DNA of 64,000 nucleotides from Candidatus Omnitrophota bacterium. GTDB taxonomy: Bacteria; Omnitrophota; Gorgyraeia; Gygaellales; Profunditerraquicolaceae. The DNA lies in assembly GCA_041308845.1 (NCBI GenBank), contig JBFZAT010000022.1, positions 66,701-130,700 on the forward strand. Direction: 5' to 3'. Of this stretch, positions 30,592-41,332 are shown piece by piece; within the stretch, counting starts at the first letter, position 1; each line of letters begins with the position of its first letter. The notes under the pieces are model-generated. The model saw nothing but the letters and a program-made list of their open reading frames with translations. It was not told where the DNA came from and searched no databases. Both the position numbers and the translations under genes were made by a program.

Positions 30592-31029
30592 ATGTTCTAT
30601 GGGGAGTTTGAACATTCTATAGATCGTAAAGGCCGTTTAATCTTGCCGGCGAAATTCCGCGAAGTTGCCAAAAATCAATTTGTGGAAAAGTTTTTTGTTA
30701 CCCGAGGTCTGGATAAATGTTTATTTATGTTCTCCGAGGAAGAGTGGCGTTCTCAGGAGAATAAATTTAAGTCCATGTCTTTTACTAAACAGCAGTCGCG
30801 TACTTTTAACCGTTTGCTTTTTAGCGGCGCGGTAGAAGTAAGTTTTGATAAGCAAGGTAGGATCCTTCTTCCGCAATACTTAAAAGATTTTGCCGAGATT
30901 AAAAAAGATGTAATGATTGTTGGGGTGGCTAACCGCATCGAAATCTGGGCTAAGAATTTATGGTATGATTTTTATTCTAGTAGCCGTCAGTCCTTTGAAG
31001 AAATTGCTGAAAAATTAATGGATGTATAA
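30592..31029 (+). CDS. mraZ: Transcriptional regulator MraZ
   Basis: The first SpoVT/AbrB-like half is MFYGEFEHSIDRKGRLILPAKFR, and the second repeat is DKQGRILLPQYL. Confidence 0.9.
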   Translation: MFYGEFEHSIDRKGRLILPAKFREVAKNQFVEKFFVTRGLDKCLFMFSEEEWRSQENKFKSMSFTKQQSRTFNRLLFSGAVEVSFDKQGRILLPQYLKDFAEIKKDVMIVGVANRIEIWAKNLWYDFYSSSRQSFEEIAEKLMDV

Positions 31030-31932
31030 ATGTTAGAAGAGCAGTTGCATGTACCGGTGATGCTAAGAGAAGTATTGGATTATTTAAAATTAGCTCCCGG
31101 TCAAATAATTGTGGATGCCACACTGGGTACGGGGGGGCATAGTTTGGAAATTTTAAAAAGAATTACTCCAGGAGGCAGGCTAGTGGGGATAGACCGAGAT
31201 GAAAATTCTTTGGCGATCTGCCGGCAAAGGTTAGCGGAGTTTAGGCATAATACAGAATTAGTGCATGCTAATTTTTCTGATTTGGATCAACTGGTTGCTA
31301 ATTTAGGACTGGATAAGATTGATGGTATTGTTTTTGATTTAGGTATTTCCAGCTATCAGCTACGTGATGCACAGCGGGGTTTTAGTTTCCAAGAGGAGGG
31401 GCCACTGGATATGCGCTTGGATAAAAGTAGTTATATTTCGGCTTATGATCTAGTAAATAATCTCAATGAAAATGAGATTTCCCAAATACTCTGGAACTTC
31501 GGGCAGGAGCGTTGGCATAATCGTATTGCTCATCTCTTAGTGCAGGAGCGTCGGAATGAACCGATCTCTACGACCAAGCAACTGGCCAATTTAGTGATGC
31601 GGGCGATTCCGCATCGCTACCGGCGCAGTTATTATCGAATTCACCCGGCAACGCGCACCTTTCAAGCCGTACGTATCGCTGTAAACCGCGAACTGGAAAT
31701 TTTAGAAAGTGCGGTTAAAAAAGCCGTTGCTATTTTAAGAAAGCAGGCTAGAATATGTGTTATTTCTTTTCATTCTTTAGAGGATCGCGTCATTAAACAT
31801 ACTTTTCGTGCCCTCCGGGCCGAAGGATTAATTGATATTATTACTGCTAAGCCCCTGACTCCACAAGCTGCCGAAATAGAAGTTAATCCTTCTAGTCGCA
31901 GTTCTAAATTCAGGGTGGCTGAAAGGATATAA
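31030..31932 (+). CDS. rsmH: 16S rRNA (cytosine1402-N4)-methyltransferase RsmH (MraW)
   Basis: The RsmH signatures are HVPVMLREVL, DATLGTGGHS and FDLGISSYQL. Confidence 0.9.
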   Translation: MLEEQLHVPVMLREVLDYLKLAPGQIIVDATLGTGGHSLEILKRITPGGRLVGIDRDENSLAICRQRLAEFRHNTELVHANFSDLDQLVANLGLDKIDGIVFDLGISSYQLRDAQRGFSFQEEGPLDMRLDKSSYISAYDLVNNLNENEISQILWNFGQERWHNRIAHLLVQERRNEPISTTKQLANLVMRAIPHRYRRSYYRIHPATRTFQAVRIAVNRELEILESAVKKAVAILRKQARICVISFHSLEDRVIKHTFRALRAEGLIDIITAKPLTPQAAEIEVNPSSRSSKFRVAERI

Positions 31933-31937
31933 ATTAT

Positions 31938-32306
31938 ATGAGGCTGACTAAATTTTTTCCCACGGTAGTTTTTATTACTTCTTTTTCGGTGCTTTATGTT
32001 TATCAGCAAAGCGAGATCTTCCGTTTAGCTTATCTGGGGCAGAAGAAACAAGCAATTTTTACGGAATTACTGGATAAGAATACCGCATTAAGATATAATA
32101 TTAACAAAAGTTCGTCTTTGGTGAATATTGGCGAGCGGATCAGCAGCAGCGAAGATTTTCAAATGCCGGATAATTACCGTTTTGTTAAATTTATATCCTC
32201 TCGGGAAGGTTTAAAGTTAGCGGAGCAGAATCAGGACCGGGAAGGCTTGCTGGCGCGCGTATTTGGTTTTAAGCGGGAAGCTCAAGCTAAAACAATTAAC
32301 CCCTAA
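31938..32306 (+). CDS. ftsL: Cell division protein FtsL-like (small bitopic protein)
   Basis: At 122 aa it has an N-terminal TM helix (FFPTVVFITSFSVLYVY) followed by a coiled-coil segment. It lies between rsmH and ftsI. Confidence 0.55.
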   Translation: MRLTKFFPTVVFITSFSVLYVYQQSEIFRLAYLGQKKQAIFTELLDKNTALRYNINKSSSLVNIGERISSSEDFQMPDNYRFVKFISSREGLKLAEQNQDREGLLARVFGFKREAQAKTINP

Positions 32307-32331
32307 TATTTATTATTCCTAAAGGAAAATA

Positions 32332-34029
32332 GTGTATATCAGCAATTATCGCCAAAGATGTAAGGCGGTATTTTTGGTCTTTTTTCTTTTCTTGCTTTTG
32401 TGTATAGCCCGTCTGCTTTTTATCCAATTTTTCCGTTCGGATTACCTTAGTTCAATTGCTAAAAAACAGCATAACCAAACGGCTGAGCTCGAACCCCGTC
32501 GCGGGACAATTTATGATTGCCAGCTTAAGGCTCAAGCCTTCAATATGTCCATGGATTCGTTGTATGCGGTTCCGAATGTAATTAAAAATTCAGATGCGGT
32601 CATTCGTCAGATTCAGCCGATTTTAGGTCTGGAGCGCAGTTACCTCGAAGATAGGCTGCAGCGTAAAAAATCTTTTATTTGGCTGGCGCGTAAGCTCTCT
32701 CCTGAAAAATCCGAAAGAATCAAGAAGTTGAATATCAAAGGACTAGGTTTCTTAAAGGAAACTAAGCGTATTTATCCGAATAGTTATTTGGCTAGCCATA
32801 TAATCGGGTTCAGCGGCATGGATAATATCGGGCTTGAGGGAGTAGAGCGAAGTTTTGATAATTATTTAAAAGGAGTTCCTGGCTGGGCGATTTTTTTGCG
32901 GGATGCGCGATTAAAAAAACTTGATATTTGGGAGAAAATGGTTCTACCGGTGGACGGGTTGGATTTAGTGTTGACTATTGATGAAGTTATCCAGTATATC
33001 GCTGAGAGAGAGTTGGATAAGGCATTTAAAGATTTTCACGCTAAAGCTGCCAGTATTGTAGTAATGGATCCGCATACTGGTAGAATTTTGGCTTTGGCTA
33101 ACCGGCCGACTTATGATTTGAATGAGCATTCTAATGTCAGCAAGGATTTAATCCGTAACCGGGCGATTTGTGATCTATTCGAGCCTGGTTCAGTGTTTAA
33201 AATTATTACTGCCGCTGCGGCGCTGGAAGAAAAAAAAGTAACTGAGGAAGATATCATTTTTTGTGAAAACGGTTCTTATAAAGTAGGCGGCCGCATTCTA
33301 CATGATCATCGGCCGCATGGCCGCCTTAGTTTTAAGCAGGTGATCGAAGAATCCAGTAATATTGGTACAGTCAAGGTAGCTCAGTTATTGGGTCCGGATA
33401 CGCTTTATCAATATATCAAAGCTTTTGGGTTTGGTTCCAAACTGGGAGTGGATTTATCCGGTGAAATATCCGGGCTGGTACGACCTGTGCGACTTTGGTC
33501 TAAAACCTCGATTACTTCCGTACCGATGGGCCATGAGGTGGGAGTAACTGCTTTACAGTTGGCCAGCGCAATTTCGGTAATTGCCAACGGCGGCCAACTG
33601 ATGAAGCCTTATATTATCGATTCGGTGCGTGATACCCAGGGGCGTATTATAAAACAAAATAAGCCGGTATTAATCCGCAAGGTTATCTCTGTAGATACAG
33701 CGATGCGCATTAAAAAGATTCTTACCGGGGTTATCGAGGAAGGTACAGGTAAATTAGGTAAGGTCTTAGGGTTTAGCGCTGCAGGTAAGACCGGTACGGC
33801 TCAGAAAGTAGAAGCTAATGGTGGTTATTCACATAGTAAATTCGTCGCCTCTTTTATCGGGTTTGCCCCGGCTGAGGATCCCTTATTAACTATTGTGGTG
33901 ATGGTAGATGAACCTTATCCATATTATTTTGGCGGGGTAGTCGCTGCCCCGGTATTTCAAAAAGTTGCCGGGGATGTAATCCGTTATCTGAAAGCTAGCC
34001 AGATACCGCTGGAGGTAAGAGAGCAATGA
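32332..34029 (+). CDS. ftsI: Peptidoglycan D,D-transpeptidase FtsI (class B PBP, PBP3)
   Basis: It has a GTG start. There is an N-terminal TM helix and a PBP dimerisation domain. The transpeptidase motifs are SVFK (FEPGSVFKIITAAAA), SSN and KTGTA. Confidence 0.85.
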   Translation: MYISNYRQRCKAVFLVFFLFLLLCIARLLFIQFFRSDYLSSIAKKQHNQTAELEPRRGTIYDCQLKAQAFNMSMDSLYAVPNVIKNSDAVIRQIQPILGLERSYLEDRLQRKKSFIWLARKLSPEKSERIKKLNIKGLGFLKETKRIYPNSYLASHIIGFSGMDNIGLEGVERSFDNYLKGVPGWAIFLRDARLKKLDIWEKMVLPVDGLDLVLTIDEVIQYIAERELDKAFKDFHAKAASIVVMDPHTGRILALANRPTYDLNEHSNVSKDLIRNRAICDLFEPGSVFKIITAAAALEEKKVTEEDIIFCENGSYKVGGRILHDHRPHGRLSFKQVIEESSNIGTVKVAQLLGPDTLYQYIKAFGFGSKLGVDLSGEISGLVRPVRLWSKTSITSVPMGHEVGVTALQLASAISVIANGGQLMKPYIIDSVRDTQGRIIKQNKPVLIRKVISVDTAMRIKKILTGVIEEGTGKLGKVLGFSAAGKTGTAQKVEANGGYSHSKFVASFIGFAPAEDPLLTIVVMVDEPYPYYFGGVVAAPVFQKVAGDVIRYLKASQIPLEVREQ

Positions 34030-35441
34030 GAATTGTCGATTTAGAGATTAAAGGTATATCTGCTAATTCTAAAGAAATAAAGCCGGGTTTTCTCTTCGTG
34101 GCAATTAAGGGTAATCGTCAAAACGGCCACTATTTTATCAAAGAAGCTATTTCTCGGGGAGCGAGCATTGTGGTAATGCAGCAGGGGGCGGCTAAAGTTA
34201 AAATCCCATCGCCAGTTATTTCATTAATAGTTAAGGATTGCCGTAAATTTTTTGCTCAAGCTACGCATATATTTTATAAAGCTCCTTCGGACAGAATTAA
34301 AGTGGTAGGGATTACTGGCACTAACGGTAAGACCACTATTTCGTATCTAATCGAAGCAATCGCTAAAAAGGCCGGTTATAGCTGCGGAGTAATTGGGACA
34401 ATTAATTACCGTTACAAAGGTAAAGTTCAGGCCGCCCGCAATACTACTCCCGGTTCCGGAGAATTACAAAGTTTATTGGCCAAGATGCGTGATCAACGGG
34501 TTAAATATTGTGCGATGGAAGTTTCTTCTCATGCCCTAGACCAGGAAAGGGTAGCGGGTATTAATTTCAGGCACGCTATTTTTACTAATCTCACCCAGGA
34601 TCATCTGGATTACCATAAAAATTTTAAGAATTATTTTTTAGCTAAAGCTAAACTCTTTTCTGCTCTCACGGCCCAGAGTACGGCAATTATTAATAATGAC
34701 GACAGTTATGGCCGGCGGATTAAGTTGATGACCCAAGCCAAGGTTATGACTTATGGGATTAGTAATAAATCAGACTTGCTCGCTAAAGAAATTAAATTTG
34801 GGTTAGGTTTTACTGAATTTACTTTAGTTGCTGGTACTAAGAATATCCGGATTAGGAGTAGGCTGATCGGCCGCTATAATATTTACAATATTTTAGCAGC
34901 CATCGGTTGGGCGATAAGTGAAAAAATTCCGCACTGCATAATGCGTTCGGCAATCGAAGAATTTAAAAATGTACCCGGGCGCTTAGAAAGGTTAACAGCT
35001 CCTTCGGGGATTAATATATTTGTGGATTATGCGCATACTCCGGATGCCCTTTTTAATGCAATTAGCGCTTTGCGGCCATTAGTTAAGGGTAGAATTGTGG
35101 TTATTTTTGGTTGCGGAGGAGAGCGGGATAAACTTAAGCGTCCCCGGATGGGTAAGATCGTCACGGAATTAGCGGATTTTACGATTATTACGACTGACAA
35201 TCCTCGCTCTGAAAATCCCGGTCAGATTATTCGGGATATTCGCAAAGGGATTAAGAAAAATAATTATACTGTTATTTTAGATCGGCGCCAGGCCATTCGC
35301 AGAGGTTTAGTTTTAATAAAAAAAGAAGATTGCTTACTCATTGCCGGTAAAGGCCATGAAGATTATCAGATATTAAAAGATAAAGTATTGAGGTTTAACG
35401 ATCGGAAAGTGGCAATAGAATGTTTAGGGTTAAAGAAATAA
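34026..35441 (+). CDS. murE: UDP-N-acetylmuramoyl-L-alanyl-D-glutamate--2,6-diaminopimelate ligase
   Basis: The Mur ligase P-loop is GITGTNGKTT. The motif DNPR is present. Confidence 0.9.
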   Translation: MRIVDLEIKGISANSKEIKPGFLFVAIKGNRQNGHYFIKEAISRGASIVVMQQGAAKVKIPSPVISLIVKDCRKFFAQATHIFYKAPSDRIKVVGITGTNGKTTISYLIEAIAKKAGYSCGVIGTINYRYKGKVQAARNTTPGSGELQSLLAKMRDQRVKYCAMEVSSHALDQERVAGINFRHAIFTNLTQDHLDYHKNFKNYFLAKAKLFSALTAQSTAIINNDDSYGRRIKLMTQAKVMTYGISNKSDLLAKEIKFGLGFTEFTLVAGTKNIRIRSRLIGRYNIYNILAAIGWAISEKIPHCIMRSAIEEFKNVPGRLERLTAPSGINIFVDYAHTPDALFNAISALRPLVKGRIVVIFGCGGERDKLKRPRMGKIVTELADFTIITTDNPRSENPGQIIRDIRKGIKKNNYTVILDRRQAIRRGLVLIKKEDCLLIAGKGHEDYQILKDKVLRFNDRKVAIECLGLKK

Positions 35442-36781
35442 TTCAGGCTACTCAAGGAGACTTAGTCCAGGGAGCTTATGGGCAAAGATTAGCCGGTATT
35501 TCGACGGATTCCCGGAATTTAAAGCCGGCAGAGGCATTTTTGGCTTTAAGGGGTAAAAACTTCGACGGGCATAATTTTATCCGGCAAGCCCTCAAGGCAA
35601 AAGCCGCCTGCTTAATCGTAGATCAAAACATCAAATTTGCTCTTCCTGCGGGGCGGGCAGTGATTAAAGTTAAGAATACTCTTCTGGCCTTAGGAGCGCT
35701 CGCCCAGTTTCAAAGGCAAAAAATCGACATACCGCTGATTGCAGTTACCGGTTCCAATGGCAAAACTACCGCCAAAGAGATGATCGCCTGGGTGTTAGCG
35801 GCTGATGGTCTAGTGCTTAAGAATGAAGGCACGCAGAACAATCAAATTGGGCTGCCTCAGACATTAACCCGGTTGACTAATAAATATAAATATGCCGTAG
35901 TTGAAATAGGGACTAATCATTTCGGGGAGGTGGATTATTTAACTAAAATCGCCACGCCTAACATCGGCTTGATTACTAATATCGGCCCCAGTCATCTTGA
36001 ATTCTTTAAGGATCTGCCTGGGGTATTCCGAGAAAAAACAACCCTGTTAAATCATTTAGCTGCACCAGGGATTGGCCTATTAAATGCCGATGATAAATTA
36101 TTACATAATCTATTGAGCAGGAAAAAAACAGGCCAGAATATTTTTAGCTATGGGATAAATAAAAATTGTGATTTTCGGGCCTCTGGCATTATGCAAAAAA
36201 ATAAAAAGTTAGCATTTACGGTTAATGCAAAATTTGACTTTGAATTAAACAGCCCGGGAATTTATAATATCTATAATGCTTTAAGCGCTATCGCTGTCGG
36301 CCGCATTCTGGGGTTAGACTATCCTACACTTTGCTCAAGGCTGGCGTCATTTAGTTTCCCTCAGGGCAGGTTGAATTTAGTTAAGATTAAAGGTTTAAAT
36401 TTTATTAATGATACTTATAATTCTAATCCGCTTTCCTTAAAGGGGGCATTGATGGCTCTTGCTGCTTTGGATTGCCGGGGCAGGAAGATTTTGGTGATGG
36501 GGGATATGCTGGAATTAGGCAGGCAAAAAGAATTATTGCATCGGCAAATTGCTTGGGGTATAACTAATACATGTGATCTGTTGATTACCGTTGGCCGCTT
36601 GGCGGGGTTAACTGCGCAGGAGGCTAGGAAGCGGGGCTGGCCTACTAAACAGATATTTTGTTGCGATAATCCACTGCAGGCCAGAAGGTTATTATTCCGG
36701 AAAATAGGCGTTAATGCTGATGATTTAATTTTAGTTAAAGGGTCCCGCTCCATGAAAATGGAAGAGGTTTTAGGAGTCTAA
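35420..36781 (+). CDS. murF: UDP-N-acetylmuramoyl-tripeptide--D-alanyl-D-alanine ligase
   Basis: The Mur ligase P-loop is AVTGSNGKTT. Its position after murE fits. Confidence 0.9.
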   Translation: MFRVKEIIQATQGDLVQGAYGQRLAGISTDSRNLKPAEAFLALRGKNFDGHNFIRQALKAKAACLIVDQNIKFALPAGRAVIKVKNTLLALGALAQFQRQKIDIPLIAVTGSNGKTTAKEMIAWVLAADGLVLKNEGTQNNQIGLPQTLTRLTNKYKYAVVEIGTNHFGEVDYLTKIATPNIGLITNIGPSHLEFFKDLPGVFREKTTLLNHLAAPGIGLLNADDKLLHNLLSRKKTGQNIFSYGINKNCDFRASGIMQKNKKLAFTVNAKFDFELNSPGIYNIYNALSAIAVGRILGLDYPTLCSRLASFSFPQGRLNLVKIKGLNFINDTYNSNPLSLKGALMALAALDCRGRKILVMGDMLELGRQKELLHRQIAWGITNTCDLLITVGRLAGLTAQEARKRGWPTKQIFCCDNPLQARRLLFRKIGVNADDLILVKGSRSMKMEEVLGV

Positions 36782-37866
36782 TGTTTTACCATCTACTCTA
36801 TCCGTTAAGAGATTTTATTTCTGTTTTTAATGTTTTTCGCTATATTACCTTCCGGGCGGCGATGGCGGCTTTGACTGCTTTTATCTTAAGCTTAATTTTC
36901 GGGCCGTTGTTAATTAATCGCTTAAAAGCGATGAAGGTCGGTGAGAAAATTAATAAGGCCGATAGTCAACAATTAGATAACTTACATCAGCATAAACAGA
37001 GTACGCCGACGATGGGGGGAATTCTCATCCTAGGGGCGGTAGTAACCTCAACTTTGTTTTGGGCTGATCTCAGCCAGCAATATATTTGGATTGTTTTATT
37101 TAGTACGCTTTGGCTGGGGGTTACTGGGTTTATTGATGATTATTTAAAACAGGCGAAAAATAAAGCCAGCGGATTGTCTCCGAGAATTAAACTGGCCAGC
37201 CAGGCGCTGCTGGGTTTGATTTTAGGTGCGCTACTTATTTATAATCAGCACAATGTCGGCCTGGAAATTCCTTTTTTAAAAGGGGTTAATTTTGATTTAG
37301 ATGGTTTATATATTTTATTTGTCATTCTAGTAATCGCCGGTTCATCGAATGCGGTTAATCTTACAGACGGCCTAGATGGTTTGGCTATCGGGATTGTAGT
37401 GATGGTGGGTATTGCTTTCAGTATACTCTGCTATGTTTCCGGAAATATCAACCTGAGTAACTACTTGCTTATCCCTTATATTAAAGGGGCAGGGGAACTA
37501 ACCATATTTTGCGCCAGCATTATTGGAGCTGGTTTGGGGTTTTTATGGTTCAATTGTTATCCAGCCACAATTTTTATGGGAGATGTTGGTTCCCTGGCTT
37601 TAGGCGGAGCCATCGGCACGGTAGCGCTGCTGATTAAAAAAGAAATGTTATTAATTATTGTGGGTGGGATATTTGTGGTAGAAGCTCTTTCGGTTATTTT
37701 GCAGGTAGGAACATTTAAATTAACCAAAAAACGTATTTTTAAGATTGCCCCTTTGCACCATCATTTCCAGTTTTTAAATTGGCCGGAAAATAAAGTAATC
37801 GTTAGATTCTGGATTATTGCAGGTCTGCTTGCCTTGTTTACCCTGGTTACCTTAAAAATCAGGTAA
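36781..37866 (+). CDS. mraY: Phospho-N-acetylmuramoyl-pentapeptide transferase
   Basis: It is a polytopic membrane protein with NAVNLTDGLDGLA, the MraY/WecA DDxxD-type motif. The C-terminal motif is HHHFQ. Confidence 0.95.
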   Translation: MFYHLLYPLRDFISVFNVFRYITFRAAMAALTAFILSLIFGPLLINRLKAMKVGEKINKADSQQLDNLHQHKQSTPTMGGILILGAVVTSTLFWADLSQQYIWIVLFSTLWLGVTGFIDDYLKQAKNKASGLSPRIKLASQALLGLILGALLIYNQHNVGLEIPFLKGVNFDLDGLYILFVILVIAGSSNAVNLTDGLDGLAIGIVVMVGIAFSILCYVSGNINLSNYLLIPYIKGAGELTIFCASIIGAGLGFLWFNCYPATIFMGDVGSLALGGAIGTVALLIKKEMLLIIVGGIFVVEALSVILQVGTFKLTKKRIFKIAPLHHHFQFLNWPENKVIVRFWIIAGLLALFTLVTLKIR

Positions 37867-37872
37867 ATTTTA

Positions 37873-39150
37873 ATGTTGAACAGCGAATATTTTAAAAATA
37901 AAAAAATTACCATCGTTGGGTTGGCTCGTTCCGGGGTTGCCTGCGCTAATCTCTTGCATACTTTGGGGGCCCAGGTTTGCGTTACGGACATTCAAGATGG
38001 CCCGCAAACCCGTCAAGCTTGCGGGCAACTTATCTCAAGTAAAATCCAGGTAGAATTAGGCAAGCATAGCGCGGAGTTGATTAAGCAGGCGGATCTAGTG
38101 ATTATTTCTCCCGGGGTTCCGTTGGATTCTCAATGCGTTATTTGGGCCCGGGAAGCTAATAGATTATTAATCAGCGAGATCGAGGTGGCCAGTATTTTAT
38201 CTCCGGCTAAGATTATTGCGGTAACTGGTTCAAACGGGAAAACGACGGTTACAACTTTAATCGGTAAGATTCTGGAGGCTGACGGTAAGCGGGCCCGAGT
38301 TTGCGGCAATATTGGGAATCCATTTTGTGCGGAAATTCCGAAGTTGAAGGCTGATGATTTTGTAGTTTTAGAAGTCAGTTCATTTCAATTGGAAACGATT
38401 AAAAATTTTAAGCCTAGAATTGCGGTAATCTTGAATCTGACCGCCAATCATTTGGATCGTTATCGCAGGATTGAGGAATATTTAAACGCTAAAAAACGTA
38501 TTTTCATGAATCAGGGTAGCGGGGATTTTTTGGTTCTAAATGCCGATGACCCGGTTTTGACAGCAGTGGCCCTAGAGGCCAAGGCTAAAGTTGTTTATTT
38601 TACTAAAGCGGATAAATTAAATCCTAACCAGGCCGCCGTAATAGCGGTGGGTAGGATTCTGGGGATAAGTTTGGAGAAAATGCAGAAAGTTTTTCAGGAG
38701 TTTAAAGGGTTAGAGCACCGTTTAGAGGAGGTAGTGGAAATAAATGGGGTAAAATTTATTAATGATTCTAAGGCTACCACTGCGGATTCGGCAATTTGGG
38801 CGATCAGCAATATTACCGCGCCGATTATTTTAATTGCTGGTGGGAAACACAAGGGGATTGATTACCGGGTGATTGCGCAGGCAGCTAAGGATAAAGTTAA
38901 GCAGGCATTCTTAATCGGTGAGGCCAAGGATATAATTGCTGAAGATTTGCAAGGAGTTTTCCCGATCTGTAAAACCGGAAGTTTAGAAACTGCGGTAAGA
39001 CAGGCTTATGCTCAAGCTCGGCCGGGGTATTGCGTGTTATTGTCTCCGATGTGTTCAAGTTACGATATGTTTAGCGATTATGAAGCCAGAGGTAGAAGTT
39101 TTAAAAAAATTGTTTTGGATTTAGCTCAAAAAGAAAAAACTCATGGTTAG
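37873..39150 (+). CDS. murD: UDP-N-acetylmuramoylalanine--D-glutamate ligase
   Basis: The N-terminal Rossmann motif is IVGLARSG. The P-loop is AVTGSNGKTT. Confidence 0.9.
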   Translation: MLNSEYFKNKKITIVGLARSGVACANLLHTLGAQVCVTDIQDGPQTRQACGQLISSKIQVELGKHSAELIKQADLVIISPGVPLDSQCVIWAREANRLLISEIEVASILSPAKIIAVTGSNGKTTVTTLIGKILEADGKRARVCGNIGNPFCAEIPKLKADDFVVLEVSSFQLETIKNFKPRIAVILNLTANHLDRYRRIEEYLNAKKRIFMNQGSGDFLVLNADDPVLTAVALEAKAKVVYFTKADKLNPNQAAVIAVGRILGISLEKMQKVFQEFKGLEHRLEEVVEINGVKFINDSKATTADSAIWAISNITAPIILIAGGKHKGIDYRVIAQAAKDKVKQAFLIGEAKDIIAEDLQGVFPICKTGSLETAVRQAYAQARPGYCVLLSPMCSSYDMFSDYEARGRSFKKIVLDLAQKEKTHG

Positions 39151-40237
39151 GAAAACCCGGATTAATTTGTTAACGGTATCAGTAGTGCTGGTCTGTATTG
39201 GCGTTGTTATGATCTACAGTTCTTCTAGTATTTACGCCTGGGAAAAATACGGCGACAGTTTTTATTTTTTGCGGAGGCATTTAGTATTTTTATGTGTGGG
39301 AATTTCGCTGGCTTTTTTAGCCATGGTTATTGATTATCGGAATTTAAGAAAATATGCACATTGGCTGATTTGGGTAGCGGTAATTTTATTGATCTTGGTG
39401 TTAATTCCCGGAGTTGGCCGGGAGGTCTCTGGTGCCCGTCGCTGGTTTAGGTTAAAATTTCTGAGTTTTCAACCCTCCGAATTAGCTAATTTGGCTATTA
39501 TTGTCTACATCGCCGATTTTATTGCCCGTAAAGAGGACAAGATTAAATCGCTGTTGGCGGGATTCGTTCCGGCGATTTGTATGCTGGGAATAGTGATTTT
39601 ACTTATACTCTTACAACCGGACTTAGGTACAGTAATTGCTTTAGGCAGCGTAGTTTTAATTATGCTTTTTATTGCCGGAGTTAGGGGGCGCTATATTCTA
39701 AGTTTAATACTTTGCAGCTTACCCGCACTTTATTTTTTAGTTTTTAGTGTGCCTTACCGCCGGGCCAGGATTCTAGCTTTTTTAAATCCTTGGCTTGACC
39801 CAAAAGGTACGGGTTTTCAGATTATTCAATCGCAGATTGCTTTAGGTTCAGGCGGTTTGTTTGGCCGGGGGTTGGGGCATTCTCAACAGAAATTATTTTA
39901 CCTGCCGGCAGCGCATACAGATTTTATTTTTTCCATTATCGGCGAAGAATTAGGTTTGTTGGGTACTTTAGGGGTAATTGCACTATTTATGGTTTTTATT
40001 CAGCAGGGTCTTAAAATCATCAAGAATTCCCAGAACCGGTTTGGTTATTTTTTAGCTCTAGGTTTAGTGTTAATGATTTCACTTAAAGCTATTATTAATA
40101 TCGGGGTTTCTTGCGGCGTTTTTCCGACTAAAGGCTTGCCGTTGCCTTTTATCAGCTACGGGGGTTCCTCTTTAATTTTTGATATGGTTAGTTTGGGGAT
40201 TTTAATCAACATCGCGCGCTGCGGAGAGTATCCATAA
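39143..40237 (+). CDS. ftsW: Peptidoglycan glycosyltransferase FtsW (SEDS family)
   Basis: It is a 10-TM SEDS protein with the motifs QPSE and LPxxHTDFIFS (HTDFIFSIIGEELG). It lies between murD and murG. Confidence 0.85.
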   Translation: MVRKTRINLLTVSVVLVCIGVVMIYSSSSIYAWEKYGDSFYFLRRHLVFLCVGISLAFLAMVIDYRNLRKYAHWLIWVAVILLILVLIPGVGREVSGARRWFRLKFLSFQPSELANLAIIVYIADFIARKEDKIKSLLAGFVPAICMLGIVILLILLQPDLGTVIALGSVVLIMLFIAGVRGRYILSLILCSLPALYFLVFSVPYRRARILAFLNPWLDPKGTGFQIIQSQIALGSGGLFGRGLGHSQQKLFYLPAAHTDFIFSIIGEELGLLGTLGVIALFMVFIQQGLKIIKNSQNRFGYFLALGLVLMISLKAIINIGVSCGVFPTKGLPLPFISYGGSSLIFDMVSLGILINIARCGEYP

Positions 40238-40238
40238 A

Positions 40239-41318
40239 ATGCGGGTTTTATTAGTGACCGGTTCAAGCGGTGGGCATATTTTTCCGGCTCTGGCTTTGGC
40301 TCAACTGTTAAATCAGCAGCAAACAGAGTTACTTTTGGTTTTACCTAAAAGCACCCGGGAAAAGAATATCCCAGTTACGGGTATACAAATAAAATATATT
40401 CCGGGAGTAAAATTAAGCTTTAAAATTGATCGCAATAATATAATCGGCTTAGGACGCTTCTTATTAGGTTTTTGGCAGTCACTGCTTATTTTATTAAAGT
40501 TTAAACCAGAAGTGGTGGTGGGGTTTGGCAGCTTAAACAGTATAGCTTTAATTTTTTGGGCCTGGTTATTCAGGATTAAGACGGTTATTCATGAACAGAA
40601 TGTTATTTGCGGTAGAGCCAATAATTTATTAAGCAGCTGGGTAGATAAGGTGGCGGTATCTTTCGCCCAGACCGGAGACTATTTACCGATTGCTAAAACT
40701 AAAATTGTGGTTACTGGGAATCCTCTGCGTCGTGAGATGGTCAGAGTGGAAAAGCAAGCAGCATTAGATTTTTTTAATTTTAAGCAAGGTAAATTCAACC
40801 TGATGATTACTGGCGGCAGCCAAGGCGCGCACCGGTTAAATTTAGCCTGTTGGGAGGCCTTATCCGTTTATCCTAAACCAGAAAATTTGCAGGTGATTCA
40901 TCTTTGTGGGGGGCAGGATTTTCTTTTGCTTAAGAATAAATATGCGACCTTGACCTTATCTTCTAAACTTTTTGATTTTTTTGAGGCTATGCAGTATGCC
41001 TATAGTATCGCTGATTTGGTAATTAGCCGGGCCGGGGCCACGACGATTGCGGAATTGCAAAGATTTAGCATCCCGGCGGTATTGATTCCTTATCCTTTTG
41101 CCTATGCGCATCAATCGGATAATGCCCAGATTTTAAAACAGTGCGGAGCTGCCCGGGTTATCCGGGATGAAGAGGTCACCGCAAAAAGTATTAGCGCTGT
41201 AATTACGGAGTTTATAGAGAATCCCAGTCGATTAGATTCGCTGCGCCGGGCTTATCCTCCGCAAGCAAAGCAAAATGCAACGCAATTATTGGCCCAAGTA
41301 GTTTTAACCGCGGTTTAA
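40239..41318 (+). CDS. murG: UDP-N-acetylglucosamine--N-acetylmuramyl-(pentapeptide) pyrophosphoryl-undecaprenol GlcNAc transferase
   Basis: The N-terminus is GGSGGHIFPALALA. The C-terminal motif is GGSQGA. Confidence 0.9.
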   Translation: MRVLLVTGSSGGHIFPALALAQLLNQQQTELLLVLPKSTREKNIPVTGIQIKYIPGVKLSFKIDRNNIIGLGRFLLGFWQSLLILLKFKPEVVVGFGSLNSIALIFWAWLFRIKTVIHEQNVICGRANNLLSSWVDKVAVSFAQTGDYLPIAKTKIVVTGNPLRREMVRVEKQAALDFFNFKQGKFNLMITGGSQGAHRLNLACWEALSVYPKPENLQVIHLCGGQDFLLLKNKYATLTLSSKLFDFFEAMQYAYSIADLVISRAGATTIAELQRFSIPAVLIPYPFAYAHQSDNAQILKQCGAARVIRDEEVTAKSISAVITEFIENPSRLDSLRRAYPPQAKQNATQLLAQVVLTAV

Positions 41319-41332
41319 TTTCTAATGCGTCG